A stretch of 64,000 bases of DNA, taken from contig MU058844.1 of NCBI GenBank assembly GCA_013265495.1, positions 626,941 through 690,940 on the forward strand, given 5' to 3'. Positions within the stretch are counted from its first letter, which is position 1. Each line of letters begins with the position of its first letter. The translations under genes were made by a program, and so were the position numbers. This DNA is from Vicugna vicugna. Lineage: Eukaryota. A model generated the notes under the pieces. It was not told where the DNA came from and did no database searches. It saw only the letters and a program-made list of their open reading frames with translations. This document shows positions 24,180 to 36,223 of this stretch, one piece after another.

Positions 24180-24938
24180 CTTCCTCCTGGAACTGATATC
24201 AGGCATTGTCCATGAAGGCATTGATAATAATAACAATTAGCTAGGGAAAACTATGTGGGCTCTCTTTCAGCCAATTTCCACTTAAGTGACTTGTAGGAGG
24301 AACCAGGGTTCTCTATAGCCTCTGTAAGGACTCAGCTGGTGCTCATAGCACACTAAATGAGTCTGCCCACACCTGCCCATCTCTGCCCCCAAGAGCTGAG
24401 TTTCACACTTTCTGAGAGTCAGAATTATCTGTTCCCTAACATATTTGTGTCACCTTTACTTGTTATTAAAATTATGTAGTTTACTTAATATGACATTAAC
24501 TAATGAAACATGAGTCTGGAGAGAGAGTGAGAGAGAGGGAGAGAAATACTACAGTGAAATTTAAATGGAATACTTTGGGAAGACTCAATAATTTCAAATG
24601 AGTTAATGAGCAAAGTTTGGGAAAAATAATAACATCTAAAGTATCTTGCTCATGAGTGTCTTTAGGTTCTCACCCACTATAAAGAAAGAAAAAATGGAAG
24701 TAAAAAATGAGATTCTATGGGTGTTGTCTGGGTAAAAAAAATGTAGCTGTGGAACCTTTCCAGTAAATTCATAGTGAGGGAAAGTGCCCTAACTTTCTAC
24801 TGGATTGAGTACATTTACATTTATTTAAGTTAAAATATCATGTTTACAACATAAATGTATCCTTCCCCTTGCCTCCCAACATTTCTGATTAGCTGATAAT
24901 TAGCAACTCTGATTGTGTTGTGTAAGATTTTTGTTGTA
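24180..24938 (+). mobile_element. Tigger13a-like TcMar-Tigger element
   Basis: GAATACTTTGGGAAGACTCAATAA...GTGTCTTTAGGTTCTCACCCACTATAAAGAAA...GTACATTTACATTTATTTAAGTTAAAATA follows the recalled consensus; 5' boundary uncertain. Confidence 0.6.
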
Positions 24939-25851
24939 TTGTAAGGTGTGTGTTCAGTACAACGGGGATTCACAATTCCTCCATTCAAGGAACTCCAGAG
25001 TACAGTCCTAACTTTATTAGATAATGAATGTATATATCATCCAGTAATTCCTTAACCTGAGACAAATCTCTTTTTCCTCATTTGCACAGCAGAAGCAAAG
25101 AAAGTATTTTCACACTTCAGCAGCACCTTTCCTTTGAGAATATCAAAGCTCTTTAAGGAACAAATCTCTAATTAAGCAGTAATGCTCATCTCCCCAGAGA
25201 GAGGCAGACAGAGGGGATTTATTATCCTCTCACAGAGGATGTTAGAACCATGCTAAGTAGCTAACAGGTGTCTCCGTGCTGTCTCTCAGGAGAATTATGT
25301 TTCTGCTAATCTCCCAGCCACATTGTGTCCTGTTCCCTATTCTTAGTAATTTGCAGTATTACAGAGAACTATGTGAACATGAAAAAAGCACTTGTCCATG
25401 GGCCAGGACACGTGGGCTCAGACCCTGACTGTGCCACTAACTCATGGGACCTTGGACATTTTGGTCAGCCTTTCCATGCCTCATATGCTGTAAAACAAGA
25501 ATGACAGTACTGGTCATACCAGCCAACCAGGTTGGGGAAAAAAGTGTTTGTCAAACAAATATGAACATTGTAGCTGCAGATACTGGCTTTCATTTTGTTT
25601 ACCTTATTTTCACATCAAAACATGGGCTGGCTTTTTTGTTATGATACTTTTTGATCATGTTTTGATTTATAGGTTCTGGTTTGAACCTTCATTCTTGAAA
25701 GCAGAAGTGAAAGTTCTTCTTTAAATTCTCTTATCCCAGTCTTGCACAGCTCCCCCTCCCCCTTCACCATCTTCCAGTGTCAGTCCTAGACTCATCATAA
25801 GAGTATGTAAAGAGAGAGTAAAACTGTGGTAGGATAATGATCTAATTGTAC

Positions 25852-26415
25852 TGTTGGAGCCAGCCGACAATCGATCAGGTCCAGCAACCTGTGCTGCAGG
25901 ACTGAGGAAAGAAAGACAAGACTAAAAGATGGGGTTGAGAGGGTCTCACTCTAAGCCCGCAAGACGCTAGGCCAAGAATGGACATTGAGTTTATTTTCAG
26001 CAGTTAATTTATACAATTTCAACTAGCTACCTTGTGCATTCCTGCACGTAGGCATAGGTATTGTTTTAGGGCTCATCAACTCGTATATTGTTCTATAGAT
26101 TAACATTGTTTATAGTACTCATACACTAAAGTTAATGTTCCCGCATACCAAGATCACTAACTAAGATAATTATTCAAGTAAACTGAGATCACTAACTTGT
26201 ATGCTGATTGTATCTCTCTGTTCTAAGGTCATCAGTGACTTAATAGCTCTGGATGTTCCTAGAGCTTTAGAACACCTGGTGCATTCTTCTTCAAAGGGGT
26301 GGCGGGACAGAGATTGTCTTTGCTAGATCAATCTCAAGAGCCTGACGCCAGCACTTTGGGATTTTCCGTCCCGTTCTGTGCTCGGCAGTCCTCAGGTCAT
26401 GAGTGGCTCCCCGCA
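25852..26415 (-). mobile_element. ERVK/betaretrovirus-type solo LTR, 564 bp
   Basis: Perfect 6-bp TSD TTGTAC (25846-25851, 26416-26421); minus-strand termini TGCGGGGAGCC...GGCTCCAACA; minus-strand TATAAA (~26013) about 20 nt before AATAAA (~25995). Confidence 0.9.
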
Positions 26416-26494
26416 TTGTACTCTTAACTACAAGATACCAGTGAATGGTAGCTGTTTCCTAAAGATGTTGAGTGACTCACTATCTCTTTACTCA

Positions 26495-26870
26495 TTCACA
26501 AAAAATATTGCTGATAATGGCCAAAAAAAAAAAAAAGTGAAATATATTTAATTTCTAACAATAGGGGGGTATTCAGGTAAATGATGGTACTTCCACACAA
26601 TGAATATTTATAAAAAGATGTTGTAGATAAATATTTATTGTCATAAAATGACAGTACGATAATTAAGTGAAAAAGCAACCCCAAATTGGTAATGTGCAAC
26701 ACAATCCCATCATTATTTAAAAAAAACAAGTATTTGAATAAAACATATTTGGAAGGGTATACAGTGGTTATCTCTAGGTGGTGGGATTACAGAAATAGAT
26801 TTTCCATCTTTATACCTATTTGCATTTTCTAACTTCATAATGGACATACGTTGCTTTTGGCAAAAGAAAA
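26495..26870 (+). mobile_element. L1ME-like 3' region
   Basis: TAAATGATGGTACTTCCACACAATGAATATT...AGTGGTTATCTCTAGGTGGTGGGATTACAG. Confidence 0.7.
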
Positions 26871-27449
26871 AAACTGATTTAAATGAAAATTCTATTGATG
26901 CAAAAGCTGCTTGTGGGAATGAATAACATTTTGAAGAAAATCAATGCCAACTCAAAGATGGAAAACTTTGTTTGAACAGGAAGGATAAATTTCATTCTTC
27001 TTTAAAAGGGTAGAGTCACTAACTGACAGATGTTTGTAATAAAGTATCAATCACAAACTTGTTTCTTCTTAACTGAATTCTGCCTTAAATTGCTTCAAAA
27101 ATGGACTTACATTCAAGGTAAATAAGTGTGATATTTTGAAGTATCTAAATTAAACAATAATAAATAGCAATACAATGTAATTTTTTTCTCTTCTGCCAAA
27201 ATATCACTTTAAAACAAATCACCATATAAGATAGAGGGCAGACGTATTTATCTTTCTTATCAAAATAAAAGCCATAGGTTACCAAGTGCTTTCTATGTGC
27301 CTATCTGTCAGATACTTGTAATGTTAAATTTATTGGTTAATTTATTTACCATAGGAGAAAGGTATTATTGTATTCATTTTATAGTTGCTAAAAACTAAAC
27401 TCCAAAAAATTGTTTCTTAATTAACTGTATGTAGCAGAACCACACACTT

Positions 27450-28140
27450 TTTAAAAAATTACTTACTGAATCCACTTTGTGCTAGCCATTATGTGCCATG
27501 TGCTGGGAATACACTAATGAACAAGACACTGTGGTCCCATCCCTCAAAGAAGCTTACATTCTAGTTGGATGACATGGAGCAAATATCTATAAGTGTGATG
27601 AGTCTTACAAAAGGGGGAACACAGGATATGAGAGGGGAGTTAATCTGGTTTGCAACATCTGTCCTATGTACTAAACATTGAAATGGAGATATGAGTAGGC
27701 ATTAACTTGGGAAAGAGGAGGCATGGAAGAATATTCCAGGTAGAGGGAATGGTATGTGCTCTTGCACTGAGATGATATTTTGCTACAATAATCTGGCAAA
27801 ACCAACCATCCGCACTGTGGCTTAAGACTGTAAACATTTATTTCTCTCACATGGGTCTGCAGATCAGCAGCAGCCCAAATGCAAACACACAAGCCCATTT
27901 AAGGTCTTGTGTCACGTTCAGCAACATTTCACTGGCTAAAGCAAGCTGTATGGCCACACCCCAAATCAATGAGATAGGGAAACATTTTACCAACAGTCGG
28001 TAGTACTTCAAAGTCACATCAACAGGATGTGGGTGAATGATTTAATACAAGTAAAAGTTATGAACAGTGATTCAAACAATCACCTCTGGATTTTTCAAGG
28101 AACCTGTTGCCAGTGTGGCTACAGTATAATGAGATGGGGA
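27450..28140 (-). mobile_element. L2 split by an MLT1 LTR (~27770-28085)
   Basis: L2 end (TGCTGGGAATACACTAATGAACAAGACA...AGCTTACATTCTAGTTGG); MLT1 motifs TGGCTTAAGAC, CACTGGCTAAAGCAAG, CAAAGTCACAT. Confidence 0.7.
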
Positions 28141-29228
28141 GAGATACTCTTCTACCTCGTTGTCCTCAGGAACATCTTACTCTAGAGATTATATATGTAT
28201 ATATGGAATAAACTCACTCCAAAAGATAGTGACTTATCCAACTTCCACCTGAACTTTATTTCCGAAAGTTGACTAACACTGAAATACCATGGTTATCCCA
28301 CAGGACTAACATAGTGCTGATTGAATTAAATGTTCCTCTGTTATGGCCCCGTGCTGTGTTTCTGTGTGACAGTAGCACATTCAGAAGCTGTGCCTCAGAG
28401 GTGATGAAACCAGTATTTGAGCCCCTGAGCAAATAGCTTTAAATTTGGTTGCTACTCATCCCCCTGGAATGGAGGTCAGCTATTTTATACACAGTGAATA
28501 AGACAAACTAGTCATAAAACGCGAGGAAACATCTAATTTGACCACTTTATCCCACGAAACACGATCTTCTGTTTGGTCACATCATTTTGATAATGTTACA
28601 AGAATAGTTCAGTTTATTTTTACCCCATTGCTGTGCAGATACATTCATTTGCTTTACAAGTGCTAATGCCTGAATGAACAGGTGTGGGGACACGAGTTGG
28701 CCAAATATAAACTTGTACAGTTCATGTCTTTAACAAGCATGGGCGTTTTTTTTTTTCCCCCCTAAAATAAGATTCATTCAACACAACCAGCCATTGTGTT
28801 ATTAGCTGTAATGCTGTATTCTGCCAAGGAAAACTGTATTCGTTTCAGTTGAGGCACTTCCTTATTTTCCTTTTGCTGATAAGAAGAAATTAAATAGAAA
28901 TCACTGACTCCATGATAATCCTGTTCAGGAGCTCGAAATGTCCCCTTCATTTGTAAAAGCTCAATTTTACAATCTTGGGGATTTAAAATAGAATCTACTG
29001 TCTTTCTGACAATACTAAGGCCCCTGAAAACAAGATTTTTTTTTTAGCTAGCTCACAGTAAGTTTTGTTATAAATCACGTGTTGTTTGAAGGGAAATCTG
29101 TGGTTCTAATAAATATAATGGATTTGGAGCAATTTCTTTTCCCTCATTTTGTTCAGTTATGTAAGCCTACTGCTTGGTTACATTATTGTACTTTATTACT
29201 CAGTTTGCAAACCTACATCTAAGAAAGG

Positions 29229-29268
29229 CTTCTGGTTTCCTCTTCTGGTCTTCTGGTTTCCTCTTCTG
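29229..29268. repeat. 21-bp tandem duplication
   Basis: CTTCTGGTTTCCTCTTCTG twice. Confidence 0.85.
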
Positions 29269-29930
29269 AGGTACTTTGATGCTTCTTATTTGAGCACACT
29301 TTCATCTTTATGGGCGCTTTCTTGCTCTTTTCTTCTGGCATCCCTTCAAAAGTCAGCGCAATGTGTATATACCAAGTAACAGTAGCATTTAGAGAGTATC
29401 TCTCGCAAATTCCTTAAGGGGAAGTGCAAGTAATAGGAAGAATACCCTAATTGTCAGAAACAAATGTGGTCCTAATTGCTTCCTGATGCTTAGTCTTTTA
29501 AAGGGGCTGTGGGAATCCATCTGCTTGTGTGTCTGTCGAGATGTCATTCCATGTTGAGATATCATTCCGTTTAAGTGGCATTGATTTCCACGTGTGAATC
29601 ACTGGGACTTGATTACAGAGAACTGATAGACCAAACTCAGGCTTAATTCATGGGTTCTATTCACAGGTCTGTCATTTCCCAACGGGCTGTTTTTGCACAA
29701 CTAAGAAATTGATTTACATAGTTTTTCTTCCTGAAAAGTGGAAATAGCCCTGTTATTCTTACAGCACTTATAAACGTTTAAATGAGTCCAACCAAATGAA
29801 AGTTGTAGCTGCACTGCAATATTAGAAATATCAATCTGGTTAATATTTCTCTCCCAATTTCCCTCTGCCCCACAGAATTGACTTGTTTACTTAAACTGAA
29901 CGAATTGACTGAGTGTTTTGCCATTGTATA

Positions 29931-31437
29931 TGTTACCGAGTCCAAACTCGTTCTGCTATCCTCAGAACAGGCCAATAAATGTGGAGACGAGGTGTTGGGA
30001 CAGGAATAACAAGTTTATTCAGAAAGCCGGCAGACTGAGAAGATGGCAGACTAATGTCTTGGAGAACCATTTTCTCCAAGTCAGAATTCAGGCTTCTTTT
30101 ATACTAAGAAGGGGAAGGAGTGTGGTTGTTTGTTGCAGGCTTCTTGGTGTAGGAATCTTTTGTTCTTGCAGCTGTTCATGTAGGTCAGGTCATGGTGCCC
30201 CTATAAACCTCCAACAAGACAAGTATTATTTTCTATTCTACAACTTTTTATCTTTATATGAATGGGAAAGTGTTATACCCTTAAAGGTCAGAGCTTTAAG
30301 AATAGGCTATTCGCAGCAGCTCATACGACTCAGTAAGAAAAAAATAAACAACTCAATCCAAAAATGGGCAGAAGACCTAAACAAGCAATTATCCAAGGAA
30401 GACATACAAATGATCAATAGGCACATGAAAAAATGCTCAGTATCACTAATTATCAGAGAAATGCAAATCAAAACTACAATGAGGTATCACCTCACACCAG
30501 TCAGAATGGCCATCATTCAAAAATCCACAAATGACAAATGCTGGAGAGGCTGTCTAGAAAAGGGACCCCTTCTATACTGCTGGTGGGAACGCAGTTTGGT
30601 GCAGCCACTGTGGAAAACAGTATGGAGATTCCTCAAAAGACTAGGAATAGACTTACCATATGACCCAGGAATCCCACTCCTCGGCATATATCCAGAAGGA
30701 ATCCTACTTCAGGATGACACCTGCACCCCAGTGTTCATAGCAGCATTATTTACAATCGCAAAGACATGGAAAGAGCCTAAATGTCCATCAACAGGTGACT
30801 GGGTAAAGAAGATGTGGTATATTTATACAATGGAGTATTACTCAGCCATAAAAACCAACAACATAACGCCATTTGCAGCAACATGGATGCTCCTAGAGAA
30901 TGTCATTCTAAGTGAAGTAAGCCAGAAAGAGAAAGAAAAATGCCATATGAGATCATTCATATATGGAATCTAAAAAAAAAAACAAACAAGGCATAAATAC
31001 AAAACAGAAATAGACTCACAGACATAGAATATAAACTTGTGGTTGCCAAGGGGGCGGAGGGTGGGAAGAGATAGACTGGGATTTCAAAATTGTAGAATAG
31101 ATAAACAAGATTATACTATATAGCACAGGGAAATATATACAAGATCTTATGGTAGCTCACAGACAAAAAAACGTGACAATGAATATATACATGTTCATGT
31201 ATAACTGAAAAATTGTGCTTTATACTGGAATTTGACACAACATTGTAAAATGATTATAAATCAATTAAAAATGTTTTAAAAAAAAAAGAATAGGCTATTC
31301 TGTATATTTCAGGCTACAGGCAACATTCTTTTACAAAAGGTGCAGAATCAACATGACTAAGCATAGGAAATAGAGCACAAGGTTAGAGCCAAAGGAACAG
31401 ATGTAATAGGGAGTCAGATTTATTTTTTCCTATTACA
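29931..31437 (-). mobile_element. ERV1-class solo LTR split by an L1 insertion
   Basis: TG...CA termini (TGTTACCGAG...CCTATTACA); 4-bp TSD TATA at 29927-29930 and 31438-31441; minus-strand AATAAA near 30015. Confidence 0.88.
30313..31285 (+). mobile_element. Young 5'-truncated L1 (ORF2 C-terminus, 3' UTR, poly-A)
   Basis: Open ORF2 C-terminus (KWAEDLNK...[23 protein letters not shown]...); perfect 15-bp TSD AAGAATAGGCTATTC at 30298-30312 and 31286-31300; TT|AAGA endonuclease site. Confidence 0.97.
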
Positions 31438-31984
31438 TATAGACCCCAAATCTTAATAGAATTACAACTTCAATTGATACAAATGTATGGTTCTTAAACC
31501 TTTAAAAAATTTAAAATCTTTAACATCAGCTGATACAGCTTTCACTAAAAATGATAGGATTATATCATGTCATCTTTTGCAGGATGGTATGAGACTTAAA
31601 TAAAAATTTACTTTGCATATTACTGAATTAAATCATATGATTTTACATATTTTGACTTGATGTAAGTTAGCCTGCTATAGTGAAAGAACTCGAAGTTTAA
31701 AAGATCTGAATATGAATTTTGTTTTTTTCTAGTTATGTGATCCCCCAAAACCCACCTATACTGAGTCTTATCCGTAAAATGGGCCAATACTTACTCTCCC
31801 TACCTCCTTAAGATGCTTGTAAAATTCACAGTGTGATAGGTATAGGCACTGTTTGAAAACTGTGAAGAACCATACAGTGCGACTTTAAAAGAAACTTTAG
31901 GCTTGTTTTGCTTTCACTGTTACTGTTTAGTAACAGTTTAGTGTTACTTGTTTCATACATTGGAGTTTCTGGCCAATACGCGAA

Positions 31985-32910
31985 GAGAAGAAAAAAAGGA
32001 AAAGGAGATATAAAGGTTTTGACAAGCAGATTTAATCAACAAACTAAAATAAAGGACTTCAGCCAGGATGGTGAACATCTGAAGTTATTAGTGTTTATCA
32101 ACTTTAGCAAAATCATCTAGAAAATACAATAGAAAATAAGATACCATTCTCAAACTATAAAGTATGTAGGAAATAATCTAGCAAAGACTTTTCTGAGAAC
32201 ATTTTAAAACTCAATTACACATTTTAAAAGAAGAGCTGAAAAGATGGAAAGATATACAATGTCTTTGACATATAAATACATATGTATTGTTTCCTTTAAA
32301 ATTCCTATAAATGTTATAGAAATTCCTATAAATTCCTAAAAATTTCTCTTAAAATGACTTATAAGTTCAAGGTCAAAATTATGGCAAGTTTTTTTTGAGA
32401 ACCTCAATATACTCATTTTAAGTGTATATAAAGGAATAAAGTTTCATGATACCTAACTCAATTTTGAAAAGGAAAAGCAAAAAGGAGGGATTCACCCTCC
32501 CAGATAAAACCAGTGTGGTGCAGAGACAGACCCAGGTCTACATAGGGGTCTATGGGGATAAACACAGTACCATAAATCATTGCGAAAGGATAAATTGCCA
32601 CTAGTTGGTAGTGAGGAAACAGCTCATTATATGAAGAACACTAGATTGGTTTACCAACTCACGCATATACAAAGGAGAAATTCAGTGTGAAAGTAAAATT
32701 ATAAAGTTACTAGAAGAAGATACTGGAGGTGTTAAGGAAAATCCTCAAAAGTCAAGCTATACATTGAAAATTTAATAGATTTGACTACTTAAAAAATTAA
32801 GAATTTCTATTGGAGAACAGCCACAATAAGCAAAGTTTAAAAAGTGACAGGATGAGAAAAGATTTGTAATATCTAAAATTTACAGGAGATAACTATCTAG
32901 AAGATAGTGA
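31985..32910 (+). mobile_element. Highly decayed old L1 ORF2 fragment
   Basis: AGATACCATTC...GTAGGAAATAATCTAGCAAAAGA...AGATGGAAAGATATACAATGT...ATAGATTTGACTACTTAAAAAATTAAGAATTTCT. Confidence 0.7.
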
Positions 32911-33779
32911 ATAAGCCTCAGTTTCCTCATTTTAAAAATGGGGATAATAATGAAAGTGAAGTGCTCAGAGCAGAGCCTGGCATACAGTTAATGCTCACTG
33001 TTTGCTGTTACTAGTTTATCTGTTTTTATCCTCTGTGACAAAACACATTTTGTGGTGAGCCTGAATTTCCAGTTTCTGCATAGTTTTATGTTGCTAGCTT
33101 ATGGAGTTACAGAGAAATGTTGGTACAAGTATCTAGCCAGTCTCACTATCATCCACAATCCTACTTGACACGTATTCCTGGATTAGCCAATGGTTAAAGG
33201 AAAATTAGGGAGAATATTATGCGTAGCTCCCATGACACAGAGGTGAGCAAAACAATACGTGCACCACTGTAGCTGTGGAACCAGCTGCCAAGGATACCTG
33301 CCAGGTGATGCAGCAAGAAGAGTATGCTTCATGGCTTGAGGTGTGGATCTTGTGACTGTCATACTCCATCCTGCTTGAGGCTGTGTCCAGAGGATGGAGA
33401 GACTAGGTGAAGCAGCTCCCTACTCCTTAGCTCTTTGTACAGCTGTCTTATATGACTGTGGTCTGTGGGAGGGCCACATGGGCCAGCCCTCTCCTGCTAG
33501 GTTTCCTGGGGACTCTCCTACCCAGGTGGCAGGCCGGCCACAAAGAGATGGTTTTGCTCACTGCTGACCAAATCTGCTTTGTCTTTTTCTGCTTTATGAC
33601 CTCAGCTTCAGGGAAGGCTTTGGCTCCTCACGTATGGCCCAAAACATGGGTGATGACACACAGGGCAGAAGACAGTGAGCTGTACTCAGTTGCAGTGACC
33701 TGAGCTGGGTCCACCCCTTGGGCTTGGGGGAGGATAAAGCTTCCTTCTGAAAAGGAAGGAAGGGAAACTAATGATAATC

Positions 33780-33950
33780 AGGCACTGTTCCACACACTGT
33801 CTCCTTCACTTTCCTGCAAACCTGTAGAATAACACCTTATCCCCATTTTACAGATGTGAAAACTATAGCTCAGAGAGGAAAAACTGCCCAGCTTGTAAGC
33901 AACCCCCTGGGATTTGAACCCTAGGTCTGTTTGACTCTGAGACCCACTGG
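33780..33950 (-). mobile_element. MIR
   Basis: TTATCCCCATTTTACAGATGTGAAAACTATAGCTCAGAGAGG...GGGATTTGAACCC. Confidence 0.8.
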
Positions 33951-34186
33951 TGATTATTTTGTTTGCTTTCTATTTCTCTGCACTATTCTTTGTATCTACG
34001 GACTCGGATTGGGGTGGGTGGGAGTGGGATAGATCTATGGCCGGTGAATTCCAGGTAAGAATGCTTGGCCAGTCCCATCCGTGTCTGATCTTGACCAGCA
34101 GTTTAGTTAGGTTATAGAGAGCTAATTACACTTCCCAGTGTTGCGTCTGAACATGTGCCTCTGTGGTCAGCTGGTTTTAGATGTGA

Positions 34187-34253
34187 CTTTGATTTCTTGG
34201 CAGAAACAGTGTTCCTATGGCTTTGATTTCTCAGCGGAAACAGTGTTCCTATG
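34187..34253. repeat. 34-bp tandem duplication
   Basis: CTTTGATTTCT..GC.GAAACAGTGTTCCTATG twice, 3 mismatches. Confidence 0.9.
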
Positions 34254-34708
34254 AAATAACGTCATTCTTAAAGTGTTGTGCTTTGTTTGTCGTTCAGAGA
34301 AGCCCACACTTGGAGGAGACATGCTATACTCCATGGATGGATTCTCTGCAAAGGAAGGAAACAAGTGTTTGCTCCCAGGTGGAACTTCATTTCTCTGTGC
34401 TTTTAGGATCTGACAGGTGCTTTGAAGAATGGGCTTCATTAGCCATTAGCAGAGATGTCTCTTGTCCTGACATCTGCAACTAACTTTTCTTTGTGCTTGA
34501 GAGATTATATGTGTTTTGTAGTGTGCTGTTTGGAGGTCAGCAGGATAGCCAGAGCCACGTGTTCTTGCCCCTGTCCCTAAGGCCCAAGGCAAAGACTAAT
34601 AATGATAATAATCATTATAGTAAGAATCACAAACCATTCACTGTGGATTTGCTATGTGCTGGGAAATGTCATAAATTCATTTTATGGTCACAACAACCCA
34701 CTGAGGTT

Positions 34709-35213
34709 CAGGCATAGCTCAGAGATATTTCAGATTTGGTTCCAGATCACCACATTAAAGCAAATATTGCAATAAACTGAGTCACATGAATTTTGGGACT
34801 TCCCAGTGCATTGAAAAATTATGTTTATTCTATACTGTAGTCTATTGTGTGTGTGCAACAGCATTATGTCTAAAAAAGGTACATACTTTAATTTAAAAAT
34901 ATGTTATTGTTAAAAATGCTAACCATCATCTGAGCCTTCAGCTTGTCACAGTAGTAACATCCAAGATCACTGATCACAGATCAATATAACAAATTTAATA
35001 ATAATGAAAAAGTTTGAAATATTGTGAGAATCACCAAAGATGTAACACAGAGACACGAAGTGAGCAAATACTGTTGGACACTGATGGACTGATGACGCTG
35101 ATAGACGTGCTTGTTGCAGGGTAAAAAAATCTTTTGCAAATTTTCAATTTGCAAAAAATGCAATATATGAAAAGTACAATAATGTGAAGCCCAATAAAAA
35201 TGAGGTATACCTG
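34709..35213 (-). mobile_element. Internally deleted Tigger1 derivative (Tigger1a-like)
   Basis: TIRs CAGGCATAGCTC / GAGGTATACCTG, TA on the right flank, both Tigger1 ends present within ~505 bp. Confidence 0.88.
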
Positions 35214-35215
35214 TA

Positions 35216-35692
35216 TGTATTATTTAGGATTGGTTTGACTGTAAGTAACAGATCAGTTTCAATGGTTTAACCGAATGAGGGATTTGTTTTCCTCATGGGA
35301 TATGAAGTCTAGCAGTATACGTTAGGGGGAGTGTGGGGGCTCCATGAACCCAGGATCCTTCTCTGGGGGCTTTCTTCCTCATGTTTGCAACATGGCTGTT
35401 TTACTTCATGCATCACAACTGGTTTTTAGACAGAAAGAAGGAAGAAGGGTAAATGCTAAGCGGCAAAAAACTAAAATGGTGCATATAAGCTGAATATGCC
35501 CTCCTAACAGGCTTTCTCTGAAACCTCAGCTGGCACCTCCAGTTGCACCTCATTGTCCAGAACTGTGTTGCTTGCCCGTGCCTAGCTGCAAGGGAGTCTG
35601 GCAATCTAAGAGTGTATCAGTGAGCTCCTTGGCTAGGAAGGAAGAAAAGAGGAATGAGTATTAGCTAGGTAACCATCAGTGCCTGGCTTATG
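35216..35692 (-). mobile_element. MLT1J/K-like MaLR LTR; with the Tigger it splits a MIR (~34630-34708 and ~35693-35830)
   Basis: TGTATTATTTAGGATTGGTTTGACTGTAAGTAACAGA...CATTGTCCAGAACTGTG...CTAGCTGCAAGGGAGTCTGG. Confidence 0.78.
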
Positions 35693-36223
35693 TAGTTAGT
35701 ATTTGTTCAAAATTTACAGATACACAAAAAGTGAAATTAGAGAAGTTAAGTCACTTAGCTAGAAAGTGACAGAGCCCAGGCCCAAATTCAGTTATATCTG
35801 AATCTGAAACCACATTCCTAAAAGCTCTGCTAAAATTTGTTCCTTGTGCTTGAGGGTGTTTGGGCTGGAGGACAGAGGACTTTAGGGGACTCTCTTATGG
35901 AACAGGAAGGAAGATTGACTTGTCAGCTTCTTGAAAATAGTGTGAAGATCAACACATGAACAATATGAAAAGGCAGATTGTGGCACAAAGTGAGGAAGTG
36001 ATTTCTAACAATTAGTAATTAACTGTTTTATGGGCTGGGTAGCAAGCTCTTGTTTGTGTGGAGATTAGATTACCTGTCAGAGGAGACCCCTTAACTGACG
36101 GGAGTTTGGGTCTATCATGAGTTCAAGTTCCTGGGTCTAGGAAACTGAAGTGGCTGAGATAGAACAGTCACGATTAGAGGAAGCCTTTGGATTAAGCAGG
36201 AAAACCTCCTAATTTGTCAGAGC

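Noticed and set aside
29918..30973. 351-aa ORF as a bona fide CDS or active retroelement
   Set aside because: The track start is TTG, it is essentially all LTR plus L1 sequence, it lacks EN and RT domains, and the Cys-rich motif is mutated. Kept only as a finding.
34199..34253. Duplicated steroid hormone response element (GAAACAGTGTTCC)
   Set aside because: Half-site spacing is 1 bp, not the 3 bp needed for a GRE/ARE/PRE.
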